From an uncultured Chromatiales bacterium (lineage in GTDB: Bacteria > Bacteroidota > Ignavibacteria > SZUA-365), in NCBI GenBank assembly GCA_964635845.1, contig CAZWNO010000002.1:44901-108900 (forward strand): 64,000 bases of DNA, read 5' to 3'. Shown here one piece after another: positions 49,673 to 58,952 of the stretch. The notes under the pieces were generated by a model. It ran no database searches and was not told the DNA's origin. It saw only the letters and a list, made by a program, of their open reading frames with translations. How positions within the stretch are numbered: the first letter of the stretch is position 1; each line of letters begins with the position of its first letter. A program made the position numbers and the translations under genes.

Positions 49673-50887
49673 ATGATCCGTTTCTCAGGTTTCATGGCAT
49701 GCGTGCTGTCGATTCTCGCAACGTCGCTGTTCGCGCAGACCGAAGCACGCATCACGACGATGCACATGCAGCAGGGAAATCCCGCCGGGCAGTTCACCGT
49801 GTCGGTCCGCTGTAACGGAGAATCGCAGTTTGATCTCCAGAAAAGCCAGCTGGCCGTGACGGACAATGGCATGCCGGTGAATGACTTCGAAATCATCGAG
49901 AGTTCGTCACCGCTGCTGCGCAATCCTTTCTCGGCGGTGCTGGTCATGGACGCCAGCGGCAGCATGATCGGTGCGGGAAACGCCGGAGCGAAAGCCGCCG
50001 GCACTGCATTCGTTGATTTCATGGATGGTTCGGTCGATGAAGCGGCATTGCTCTGGTTCAATCAAACGGTCACGACCTTCCAGCAGATGACGACCATCAA
50101 GCCCATGCTGCTCGCCGCCGTGGCGGCTCTTCCCGCAGAGGGGGCCACCGCGATGTTCGACGCCGCCTGGGCCGGACTGCTCGAGCTGCAGCTGAACGGG
50201 CTCAATCCCAAGAAGGCCGTGTTACTGCTCAGCGATGGCGGCGACAACAGCAGCGTCCGAACGATCAGCGAAGTGATTTCGCTTTCGAATCAGCTGAATC
50301 TCCGTATCTTCACGGTCGGACTGGGCGATCTGCTCGACACGCTGTCGCTCGGCAACATGGCATCATTGACCGGCGGTCTCTATTTCACGACGCCCAACGC
50401 GGTCGATCTTCAGGCGATCTTCACCGAAATCGCGAATTTCATGGGACGTGGCTTCGAGGAACACACGGTCGCATTTACCAGTCCCGACCCTGACGCGGCA
50501 ATGCATGACCTGCGAATCTCCGTGGTCGCCTGCGGTGAAACCGCTGCCGCGACGAAGCAGGAGGCCGCCCTTACGACCACGGGCGTGCGTCATCTGCGTG
50601 GATCGGTGCCGTTCGCGCTCACTCTGGGCCAGAGTGTTCCCAATCCACTCGGATCCTCCGGTGAAGCCGTGATCCCCTTCACGCTGAGCGGAGTGAATGC
50701 ACCGCAGCCGCTGCGGCTCGAGGTGTTCGATCTCCTTGGCCGACGCGTGGCGAAGCTCGTCGATGCTGACGTACATCCCGGCAGCCACACAGCGCGCTTC
50801 GATGCACGGGGACTCGCGCCCGGAATGTATCTCTACCGGCTCAGCAGCGGGAGCGTCGTGACGACGAAGACCATGATCGTGCGCTGA
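49673..50887 (+). CDS. VWA domain protein with a C-terminal T9SS-type sorting domain
   Basis: Signal peptide. MIDAS DASGSM and LLLSDGGDNSS. Tail ..VPNPLGSSGEAVIPFTL..VFDLLGRRV..LAPGMYLYRL. Confidence 0.7.
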   Translation: MIRFSGFMACVLSILATSLFAQTEARITTMHMQQGNPAGQFTVSVRCNGESQFDLQKSQLAVTDNGMPVNDFEIIESSSPLLRNPFSAVLVMDASGSMIGAGNAGAKAAGTAFVDFMDGSVDEAALLWFNQTVTTFQQMTTIKPMLLAAVAALPAEGATAMFDAAWAGLLELQLNGLNPKKAVLLLSDGGDNSSVRTISEVISLSNQLNLRIFTVGLGDLLDTLSLGNMASLTGGLYFTTPNAVDLQAIFTEIANFMGRGFEEHTVAFTSPDPDAAMHDLRISVVACGETAAATKQEAALTTTGVRHLRGSVPFALTLGQSVPNPLGSSGEAVIPFTLSGVNAPQPLRLEVFDLLGRRVAKLVDADVHPGSHTARFDARGLAPGMYLYRLSSGSVVTTKTMIVR

Positions 50888-50910
50888 TCCGATCCGTTGC
50901 CCGTACATGC

Positions 50911-50940
50911 AAAGAGGCTGCCCGTTCGGACAGCCTCTTT
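50911..50940. terminator. hairpin between the convergent VWA gene and htpG (AAAGAGGCTG-cccgttcgga-CAGCCTCTTT)
   Basis: 10-bp perfect stem, extendable with one mismatch. Confidence 0.55.
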
Positions 50941-50963
50941 CCATTCCGGCCCGGTGCCGTGAA

Positions 50964-52835
50964 TCAGCCGCGTGTGGCCTTCTCCATGAATTCCATCGCA
51001 CGGCGCACGAAGTCCACCGGATTCTGAAGATTGTCTTCCACGAGCAATGCGCCTTCATACATCTGTTCGACCGCCTGCACCAGCATTGGATCGTCGTGAT
51101 TCTCGCTGTTCATCCGCGCGAGATTTTTCATGAGCGGATGACCCAGGTTGACCTCGAGTATTTTTTTACTCGACGTGAAATTGTTGTCCATCATCTTCAT
51201 CATGCGTTCCATCTGGGCGTCCATACCCGATTTGCCGACCACCAGCGTCGCGACGCTGTCGACCAGGCGCTTCGACTCGATCACGTCCTCGATGCGGTCG
51301 CCGAGAATTTCCTTGCATCGAATCAGGATGTTCTTCGCCTCGCGACCCTTCAGCGCTTCGTCCGATTCGTCTCCGGACTTCTTCGCGATGTCGATATCCG
51401 CCTTTTCGATGGAGTCGATCTTCTTCGACTCATATTCACCCAGTGCCGTGACGGTGAAGAGATCCACGGGGCCGGTGAGGAAAATCACCTCGATGTCATG
51501 CTTCCGGAAATACTCGAGGTTGGGATTGTTCTCGACGACGGCGCGGCTCTCACCCGTGATGTAGTAAATCTCCTTCTGCTCCGCATCCATGGCGGAAACG
51601 TATTCCTTGAACGATGTCATCTTACCCGGGGCCGTCTTGCTCGTCTCGAAACGCATGAGTTCGACGAGCCGGTCCTTGTTCGTGAAATCGCTTCCCAGCC
51701 CGAGCTTCAGATAGTTGCCGAAGTGCGAGAAGAAGGTCGCATATTTTTCAGGATCGGACTTCGACCAATCTTCGAGCATGCCGAGCACACGGTTGGTGAG
51801 GATCTCGCGCATCTTCGCCGTGACGGGACTCGACTGTGTCACTTCGCGTGACACGTTCAGCGGGAGGTCCTCGGTGTCGACGACACCCTTGATGAAGCGC
51901 AGGTACTCGGGTACGAGGTCCTTGCAATCATCCTGTATGAACACGCGGTTGACGTAGAGCTGCAGGCTTTTCTCCTCACGCGGATCGAAATATCCGAACG
52001 GGGGTGCGGAGGGGACGAATACCAGCGCCTTGAAATTGACGCGTCCCTCGATGTGCAGCGAGAGTGAATCCAGCGGTTCGCGGAAGTCTCCTGCCACGAA
52101 CTTGTAGAACTCATCCAGCTCCTCCTTTTTCAGATCCTCCTTCTTCCGCTGCCAGAGTGCGCTGACGCTGTTGACCCTGTCCTTGCCGATGAAAATCGGG
52201 AAGTCGACGAAGTTGGAATATTTCTTGATCAGGTCCTTTATCCTGTATTCATTCGCGAGGTCCTTCGCATCGTCCTTGAGCTTGAAGAAAATGCGGGTGC
52301 CGCGTTCCTTCTTCTCCATCTCCTCGATGGTGAACGTTCCCTCGCCGCGCGACTTCCAGCGCCAGCCCTTCCCATCAGGATCCGCCGACCTGGTCTCTAT
52401 CGTCACTTCATCTGTCACCATGAACACCGAGTAGAAGCCGACGCCGAATTTCCCGATCAGTTCTCCGCCGTCGAATTTCGCCTCGCCGGTTCTTGACTGA
52501 GTGAGAAAATCCAGCGTTCCTGAACTGGCTACCGTTCCGATGCGTGCGATCAAATCCTCGCGCGACATTCCGATGCCGCTGTCCTCCACCGAAAGGTTCT
52601 GGTTCTTCTCGTCGATGTCGATGCGGATGCGAAGCTCCGCATCAGGCTGCAGCACCGGCATGTTCCGCACCTGCATGAAGCGCACTTTGTTGAGCGCATC
52701 CGACGCGTTCGAGATAAGCTCACGCAGGAACACTTCAGGATGGGTGTACAGCGAATGGATGATCAGGTGGAGAAGCTGCTTCATCTCCGCCTTGTATTCG
52801 AATTCCTGCACGGAAGTCTGGTTCGTCTCGGTCAT
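50964..52835 (-). CDS. htpG: molecular chaperone HtpG (Hsp90)
   Basis: HPEVFLRELISNASDALNKVRF (Bergerat ATP-binding N-domain). GVGFYS. Full length. Start set at MTETNQT. Confidence 0.93.
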   Translation of the reverse strand: MTETNQTSVQEFEYKAEMKQLLHLIIHSLYTHPEVFLRELISNASDALNKVRFMQVRNMPVLQPDAELRIRIDIDEKNQNLSVEDSGIGMSREDLIARIGTVASSGTLDFLTQSRTGEAKFDGGELIGKFGVGFYSVFMVTDEVTIETRSADPDGKGWRWKSRGEGTFTIEEMEKKERGTRIFFKLKDDAKDLANEYRIKDLIKKYSNFVDFPIFIGKDRVNSVSALWQRKKEDLKKEELDEFYKFVAGDFREPLDSLSLHIEGRVNFKALVFVPSAPPFGYFDPREEKSLQLYVNRVFIQDDCKDLVPEYLRFIKGVVDTEDLPLNVSREVTQSSPVTAKMREILTNRVLGMLEDWSKSDPEKYATFFSHFGNYLKLGLGSDFTNKDRLVELMRFETSKTAPGKMTSFKEYVSAMDAEQKEIYYITGESRAVVENNPNLEYFRKHDIEVIFLTGPVDLFTVTALGEYESKKIDSIEKADIDIAKKSGDESDEALKGREAKNILIRCKEILGDRIEDVIESKRLVDSVATLVVGKSGMDAQMERMMKMMDNNFTSSKKILEVNLGHPLMKNLARMNSENHDDPMLVQAVEQMYEGALLVEDNLQNPVDFVRRAMEFMEKATRG

Positions 52836-53129
52836 GATCGAATTCTCTTCTTTCTGGTACATCTCCAACAGCATATAATTTACTACTGTGGCATGGCACG
52901 GGACAAGAACCGGCGAAGTACCCATCCTGCGCCGCCGATAGTATCCTCCTGCCATTCACAGGAAGCGGGCGTTGGATCTTTTTTCCATCACGGGAATTGT
53001 TTGCGCCTTCCTGGGCGTTTGGACTATGTCAGGGGATACACGATAATTCAGAGGAGCATCATCCCTTGTGAGTCCATTGACAGCAACTCTCATACATTCA
53101 CAACACCACCTTCAGGAGGAACGCTTCCC

Positions 53130-53684
53130 ATGTTGACAGTCGGAGATAAATTTCCCGAGTTCAATCTTCAAGCTTGTGTAAGCCGCGAGCCGAACAAGGA
53201 ATTTGCACATGTGTCCACGAAACCCACGGGGGACGGATGGCAAGTCATCTTTTTCTGGCCGGAGGATTTCACGTTCGTGTGTCCGACGGAGATCGCGGAG
53301 TTCGGAAAGCACCACGCGGACTTCGTCGGCATGAACGCCCGTGTGCTGGGTGTGAGCACCGATTCGCGCTGGGTACATCTCGCATGGCGTAATACGCACC
53401 CTGATCTGAAGGACCTCCCTTTCCCCATGCTTGCCGACGTCAGGCATGAGCTCTGCTCAGCCCTCGGGATCCTCGATAAACAGGATGGTGTCGCACTTCG
53501 CGCCACCTTCATCGTCGATCCCGACGGTGTCATCCAGTGGGTGAACGTAAACGGTCTGCTGACAGGCCGCAGCGTTCCGGAAACGGTACGCGTGCTGGGG
53601 GCACTGCAAACCGGCGAGCGTACGCCCTGCAACTGGCAGCCCGGACAGCCGACGCTGCAATCTTCCGTGACGGTGGCCGCATAA
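53130..53684 (+). CDS. ahpC: 2-Cys peroxiredoxin (AhpC/TSA family)
   Basis: FFWPEDFTFVCPTEI peroxidatic Cys motif and C-terminal resolving Cys (TPCNWQPGQ). AGGAGGA RBS 10 nt upstream. Confidence 0.88.
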   Translation: MLTVGDKFPEFNLQACVSREPNKEFAHVSTKPTGDGWQVIFFWPEDFTFVCPTEIAEFGKHHADFVGMNARVLGVSTDSRWVHLAWRNTHPDLKDLPFPMLADVRHELCSALGILDKQDGVALRATFIVDPDGVIQWVNVNGLLTGRSVPETVRVLGALQTGERTPCNWQPGQPTLQSSVTVAA

Positions 53685-53718
53685 AGAATTTCCATCAACG
53701 CAGGTACTGACCACAGAA

Positions 53719-53750
53719 GAACACCCGCCTCGATGCGGGTGTTCTTTTTT
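53719..53750 (+). terminator. rho-independent terminator (GAACACCCGC-ctcgat-GCGGGTGTTC + TTTTTT)
   Basis: 10-bp perfect stem and a run of 6 T, immediately after the peroxiredoxin. Confidence 0.65.
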
Positions 53751-53866
53751 CAAGTCGCGGTGATCATCGAGGAGGATGCGTCGCAACGGGAGAAGCATAT
53801 GTCGGCGCGTGCCTCCTCCCGGCCGGTCCGCATGCAGGGTTCGACCGGATTCGAAGTCGCCGTGCT

Positions 53867-54163
53867 TCACACGGTGATTATCGAATCCTCCGTCCCGAGA
53901 TTATTCGGCAGGTAGGCTTCAGCTTCCCAATCGTTTTCCCAGCGTACGCCGTCGAGCAGGAAGCGGTACCGGTACGACTGTCCGGCATCGAGGTACAATG
54001 AGGTGTAGAACGTACCGTCCTTTTTCTTTCCCATGGGATGCGCGGCGGGATTCCAGTCGTTGAATTCACCACAGAGCGACACGGAATCCGCACCGACAGC
54101 AGCGGGCAGATAGAAGGTTACACGGCACGATCGGCCGGTGCGAGTGTAATTTTTCTTCAGCAT
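53867..54163 (-). CDS. standalone CBM48 / AMPK-beta glycogen-binding-domain-like protein (98 aa)
   Basis: RVTFYLPAAVGADSVSLCGEFNDWNPAAHPMGKKKDGTFYTSLYLDAGQSYRYRFLLDGVRWENDW follows the CBM48 / isoamylase N-domain pattern (V.F..P.A..V.L.G.FN.W....M......F.....L..G.Y.YKF..DG.W..D). Confidence 0.6.
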   Translation of the reverse strand: MLKKNYTRTGRSCRVTFYLPAAVGADSVSLCGEFNDWNPAAHPMGKKKDGTFYTSLYLDAGQSYRYRFLLDGVRWENDWEAEAYLPNNLGTEDSIITV

Positions 54164-54258
54164 GATGTGTGTTGCTACCGCATTCGTTGGACGAAGGTGA
54201 TGACTTCCGTAAAGATACGAGTTCCGATCGTGAGAATCACATCAGCCGCACCTGCTGA

Positions 54259-55317
54259 TCAGAGCCATCTCTTGCGGCGGAAAAAGATGAACATCGCGAT
54301 GACCACGGCGAGCATGACCGCGAGCACGGCGGGATAGCCCCAGCGCTGCGTCAGTTCCGGCATATACACGAAGTTCATGCCGTAGACTCCGGCGATGAAG
54401 GTCAGGGGAATGAATATCGTCGCGATGATCGTAAGCACCTTCATTACTTCGTTCATGCGGTTGCTCTCGTGCGTCATGTACAGCTCGAGAAGGCCGCCCA
54501 GCACTTCTCGGTCATGTTCGATGCTTTCGAGCACGAGTGCGAGATGGTCCTCCACATCGCGGAGAAATACTCCCACGTCGTCGGAAAAGAGATTGCCTTC
54601 ATTGCGCTGCAGCTGTATCACCGCTTCGCGCAGGGGATGCACCACCTTGCGCAGCTGAAGCATGCGCCGCCGCAGCGCATGGATGCGGCGTACGGTATCG
54701 CTCGTCGGATACAGCAGCACTTCATCCTCGAGCCGCTCGATCTCATCATCGAAATGCTCGACCTGGGCAACGTAATGATCAGCCACCGAGTCGATGAGCG
54801 TGTAGAAAAGATAATCCGCTCCGCGCGTGCGGAAGCGACCGTTCACAGCCTCGATGCGTTCGCGATTCGGCTCGAACATATCCTGGGGACATTCGCTGAA
54901 CGAGAGCAGTGCGTTGCGCTTCAGGACGAGGGCGATGTTCTCCTCTCGCAGCATGTCGCCTCCGTCGTCGCGAAGATGCTTCAGAATGAGAAAGGTCGCG
55001 TCGTCATACTCATCGCATTTCGTGCGGTGCTTCGTGTTGACGATATCTTCAAGCGCCAGCATGTGCAGCCCGTAGACTTCGCCGATGCGTTGCACGGCTG
55101 CGACGTCGTGCACACCCTCCAACTGCAGCCATGTGATGACGGAATCATCGTGCACCGCGATCGCATCGACCGAGACGGCGCGCTTCTGCACGTGATGCTG
55201 ATCGTAGATGACGGCACGCAGCTTTGCAGAACCCTCCGCCGGCTCTCCGACATACACGAGTGTGCCTGGCGGCAGGCTCACTTTTTTCCGCTCTGTTTTC
55301 TTCCGCTGTCTTGCCAT
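54259..55317 (-). CDS. corA: magnesium/cobalt transporter CorA
   Basis: C-terminal two TM helices with YGMNF signature (AGVYGMNFVYMPEL). Confidence 0.88.
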   Translation of the reverse strand: MARQRKKTERKKVSLPPGTLVYVGEPAEGSAKLRAVIYDQHHVQKRAVSVDAIAVHDDSVITWLQLEGVHDVAAVQRIGEVYGLHMLALEDIVNTKHRTKCDEYDDATFLILKHLRDDGGDMLREENIALVLKRNALLSFSECPQDMFEPNRERIEAVNGRFRTRGADYLFYTLIDSVADHYVAQVEHFDDEIERLEDEVLLYPTSDTVRRIHALRRRMLQLRKVVHPLREAVIQLQRNEGNLFSDDVGVFLRDVEDHLALVLESIEHDREVLGGLLELYMTHESNRMNEVMKVLTIIATIFIPLTFIAGVYGMNFVYMPELTQRWGYPAVLAVMLAVVIAMFIFFRRKRWL

Positions 55318-55478
55318 GGCCTGTAGGGGAAAAAGAAATCTTGATTGAAAGATTGTTTACGATGAAAGTATTATTACGTAAATTGCTTTCGAAAAAAAAA
55401 TGCTCCAGACACATTGCCGAAAAACACCGCACACCACACACACGCGAATGCATGCATGGAGGAAGCCTCGATTTGGTG

Positions 55479-56279
55479 ATGTCTGCGACCACGCAACATG
55501 ACCTGAAGCTTACAAAGCCGCTGGCGTTTTTCGACCTCGAAACCACCGGCATCAATATTCAGAGCGATCGCATTATCGAGATCGCAGTGGTGAAGTACCC
55601 TCCGCGCGGAACTGCAAAAGAATTCGAACTTCGCATCAATCCTGAAATCCCCATTCCCCCTTCATCCACAGCCGTTCACGGAATCACCGATGCGGACGTC
55701 GTGCTCGCGCCCACATTCGGCCAGATCGCAAAACGGCTACACGACTTCCTCGATGACTGTGACCTGTGCGGCTTCAACGTGCGGCGCTTCGATCTCCCGC
55801 TGCTTCAGCAGGAGTTCCGACGTTGCAGCATGGAGTTCGATACAACCGGACGGCGAGTGATCGACGTGCAGACGATTTTCCACATGAAGGAACCACGCGA
55901 CCTGAGCGCAGCGCTGATGTTCTACTGCAATCGTCAGCATGTCGGAGCACATGGCGCGATGGCGGATGTCCGCGCGACAGCGGATATTCTGTTGGCACAA
56001 CTGAAACGCTACGATGACCTTCCACAGAGCATCGATGAACTCGAGGCGGCCGTTCATCCGAAGGATCCTGCCTGGGTCGACACTGACGGCAGGCTTGTGT
56101 GGGAAGGAAATAATGTTATACTAACGTTTGGCAAATACCGAGGCACTCCTTTGCAAAACGTTATTCAACGAGACCGTGATTACATTCAGTGGATTCTCGA
56201 CGGCGGTTTTCCGGAAGCGACCAAGGACATCATCCGTCGGATGATCGATGGCGTCGCACCCAACCGCGCGTCAACCTGA
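55479..56279 (+). CDS. DEDDh 3'-5' exonuclease (DnaQ/ExoX-like) with an ExoX-like C-terminal domain
   Basis: Exo I motif FFDLETTG. Exo II/III motifs (..HGIT.., CGFNVRRFDLPLL, HGAMADVRATADIL). Alternative start at MHGG, 55452. Confidence 0.75.
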   Translation: MSATTQHDLKLTKPLAFFDLETTGINIQSDRIIEIAVVKYPPRGTAKEFELRINPEIPIPPSSTAVHGITDADVVLAPTFGQIAKRLHDFLDDCDLCGFNVRRFDLPLLQQEFRRCSMEFDTTGRRVIDVQTIFHMKEPRDLSAALMFYCNRQHVGAHGAMADVRATADILLAQLKRYDDLPQSIDELEAAVHPKDPAWVDTDGRLVWEGNNVILTFGKYRGTPLQNVIQRDRDYIQWILDGGFPEATKDIIRRMIDGVAPNRAST

Positions 56280-56351
56280 TTGCGAAGCACTCTGTCTCCC
56301 CGTGACACACTGTCACATTCACTATCATCTCACTATCAAGGAGGAATAACC

Positions 56352-56759
<408 letters not shown>

Positions 56760-56778
56760 CAGCACTCGCGATTACTGA

Positions 56779-56812
56779 AGACCGGAGCCTCGTGCTCCGG
56801 TCTTTTTGTTTT
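56779..56812 (+). terminator. rho-independent terminator (AGACCGGAGC-ctcgt-GCTCCGGTCT + TTTTTGTTTT)
   Basis: 10-bp perfect stem plus T-run, directly after the histone-like gene. Confidence 0.65.
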
Positions 56813-56846
56813 ACGGCACTGCCGCTCCTTGCCGATGTAGACTGCG

Positions 56847-57482
56847 CTACACCGGCATCCCGATGGCAATACTGATCTCGTTCGGCAGACAGGTGATTCG
56901 CTGTCCCGGCGTGACGATCGCGGGATGCGCGACACAGGTCTGATGCTTGCAGGGAGACGATACGACCTTCAGGCGCTGACCAGCAATGACGATCACCATC
57001 GTACCGATACTTCCCTCGATTTCATACTTCCCATCCTCGTGCAATCCGAGAGCGTGTATGAGTCGATTGCGATGGAACACATCCGCACTTCGTGAGAACG
57101 CAGGTACGATATTGATGTAGCGCAGCAGCACGGGATCGTTCTGCAATCCATGCAATGCGAGTCCATCTTCGAGTTCGCGCAGCGCGGCATAGAACAGGGA
57201 TGCGCCATCGTGGTAATCACGCAGACGGTTCTGCTCGAACAGCAGCACTCCTCCCGGATACCTGCCGCTGAGGCGACTCTGCTTGAGCCGGAGGAACCGC
57301 TCGCCGAAATGTTCAGGGAGCAGCTCTTCCGCAAGTTGCTCCGCCCTCTGCGTCTGCTCGCAGAGGATGCTGACGTCCAGCACCACCGGCGAGATTTCCC
57401 TTCGTATCAGGTCCGGCGCGGATTTTCGCGCGTGATCCTTGGCGCGAAGAAAACTCAGCTTGAAGAATTCCCGTCTGTCCAT
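56847..57482 (-). CDS. hypothetical protein (Cys-containing C-terminal region [21 protein letters not shown])
   Basis: Start set at MDRREFFK. No family recognised. Confidence 0.35.
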   Translation of the reverse strand: MDRREFFKLSFLRAKDHARKSAPDLIRREISPVVLDVSILCEQTQRAEQLAEELLPEHFGERFLRLKQSRLSGRYPGGVLLFEQNRLRDYHDGASLFYAALRELEDGLALHGLQNDPVLLRYINIVPAFSRSADVFHRNRLIHALGLHEDGKYEIEGSIGTMVIVIAGQRLKVVSSPCKHQTCVAHPAIVTPGQRITCLPNEISIAIGMPV

Positions 57483-57493
57483 GTATTCCTCGC

Positions 57494-58825
57494 TCACCTT
57501 CCGCCGCAGGTCAGACAGAAATTTACTCCCTCGCGTTGTGCGGGATACTGCATCCACTGGCCGACGAGATGGGATACCCCCTCCTCGCCCTGGTGCCATA
57601 TGACGAGATACCAGCCGTCGGTGTCCATCACGATCGAGGGTTTCTTCCGCGCAAGGCGGTCATCGCGATCGTTGACCCTGACGTTTCCTCCTATGCGGGT
57701 TCCGTCGCGTCCGTACGGTTGGAGATAGGTGTCGCCTCTCTGATTGGTCACCGTGTTCCTGTAATCTTCCCAGCACACGACAATCCCGCCCTTCCCGTCG
57801 CCGTCGACCGCAGGGAGCCGCTGCCAGCGATTTCCATCGTCATCATTGACCAGCTCGGCAGGCGAGAACGTTCCGCTGCGGAGATCCGCAATCCTGCGAT
57901 AGATATTGCTGGTCCCTGTACGGTAATCCTTCCATGCGAAGAATGCGGAATCCCCCGGCAGACAGACAGCGTTGATGATCGTGGTCATGGCTTTCCGTTG
58001 TGCCGAATCGATCAGCACGTTGCGCGCTGCATCAGCGCCGAAACAGTGGTAGTAGAACTTCCATGCACCATCGATCCTGTTGTCGGGCCAGAGAAGCAGG
58101 ACGTGATCTCCATTGTCCGCTGCAATACGCGGCTGTCCCTGCAATGCCGCCATGCCGTCGTCGTTGACGAGCACGTTTTTCCCGACAGGATGACCTTCCG
58201 CGTCGAAGCGTTGTGCAACGATGTCTGCATTGCCGCTGCGGTAATCCTGCCAGACGACGATGATCTCCCCTTTCGCATTGCGTCCGGCCGCGGGCAGGAC
58301 TCCCGGCGCAATGTGATCCGAAACGTCGAACACTGCTTCCGAGCGTCCGCTGCGATGCACGACGCGCGCGGTGATGACATGCCTGCCGTCATTGCTTCGC
58401 TGCCAGACGAGAAGTACCGTACTGTCCGTGAGGAAAACGGCGGCAGGACGTTCCTCCTCCGTTCCGGCATCGGGCACACCCAGATCAAGCACGCGAATGT
58501 CTTCCCGCTGTCCTCGACTGAGAAATGCGCCGCGCACGGCAGCCCCGTATCGCGTCCGTTCCGACCAAGCGCAGAACCACAGGCCGGCATCGCTGCCTGC
58601 CAATGTCGCGTGCCAGGCGTTGCGCACGCTGTCAAGCTGCATACGTACACTGTCAGACCGCGTTCGGACACTGTCAGACCGCCCGTGCGCAGGGTTCTGA
58701 TTCCGCTGAGCGCCTGTGAGCGCGCTGTCGGACCACATACGCAGGAGCGTATCTGCGCCATCCTGCGTGAGCCCGATACCGGTGGACAGGAGAAACAACA
58801 GCGCCGTGGCGAGCAATCGATTCAT
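57494..58825 (-). CDS. secreted repeat protein, probable beta-propeller with recurring W-x-D-Y-R blades
   Basis: Signal peptide MNRLLATALLFLLSTGIG. Repeats VVWQDYRSGNADI.., FFAWKDYRTGTSNI.., VVCWEDYRNTVTN... N-terminal RSDSVR x3 mini-repeat. Confidence 0.5.
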   Translation of the reverse strand: MNRLLATALLFLLSTGIGLTQDGADTLLRMWSDSALTGAQRNQNPAHGRSDSVRTRSDSVRMQLDSVRNAWHATLAGSDAGLWFCAWSERTRYGAAVRGAFLSRGQREDIRVLDLGVPDAGTEEERPAAVFLTDSTVLLVWQRSNDGRHVITARVVHRSGRSEAVFDVSDHIAPGVLPAAGRNAKGEIIVVWQDYRSGNADIVAQRFDAEGHPVGKNVLVNDDGMAALQGQPRIAADNGDHVLLLWPDNRIDGAWKFYYHCFGADAARNVLIDSAQRKAMTTIINAVCLPGDSAFFAWKDYRTGTSNIYRRIADLRSGTFSPAELVNDDDGNRWQRLPAVDGDGKGGIVVCWEDYRNTVTNQRGDTYLQPYGRDGTRIGGNVRVNDRDDRLARKKPSIVMDTDGWYLVIWHQGEEGVSHLVGQWMQYPAQREGVNFCLTCGGR

Positions 58826-58952
58826 ATCCGGAATATAGCAGTTACACACTCGGGACGCACGGGATGGAGATCTGACTTTGCATTTACCGTCAACCCCGTG
58901 TAATTTTTAAGATTGGACGAATGTTTACGTGGAAACTTCTCCACCAGGTACC

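Noticed and set aside
50907-51851. 314-aa plus-strand ORF
   Set aside because: It is antisense to htpG.
56847-57482. Possible twin-arginine (Tat) signal, MDRREFFK, at the N-terminus of the hypothetical protein
   Set aside because: The RR motif is not followed by a hydrophobic h-region ([16 protein letters not shown]), so it is unlikely to be a Tat substrate.
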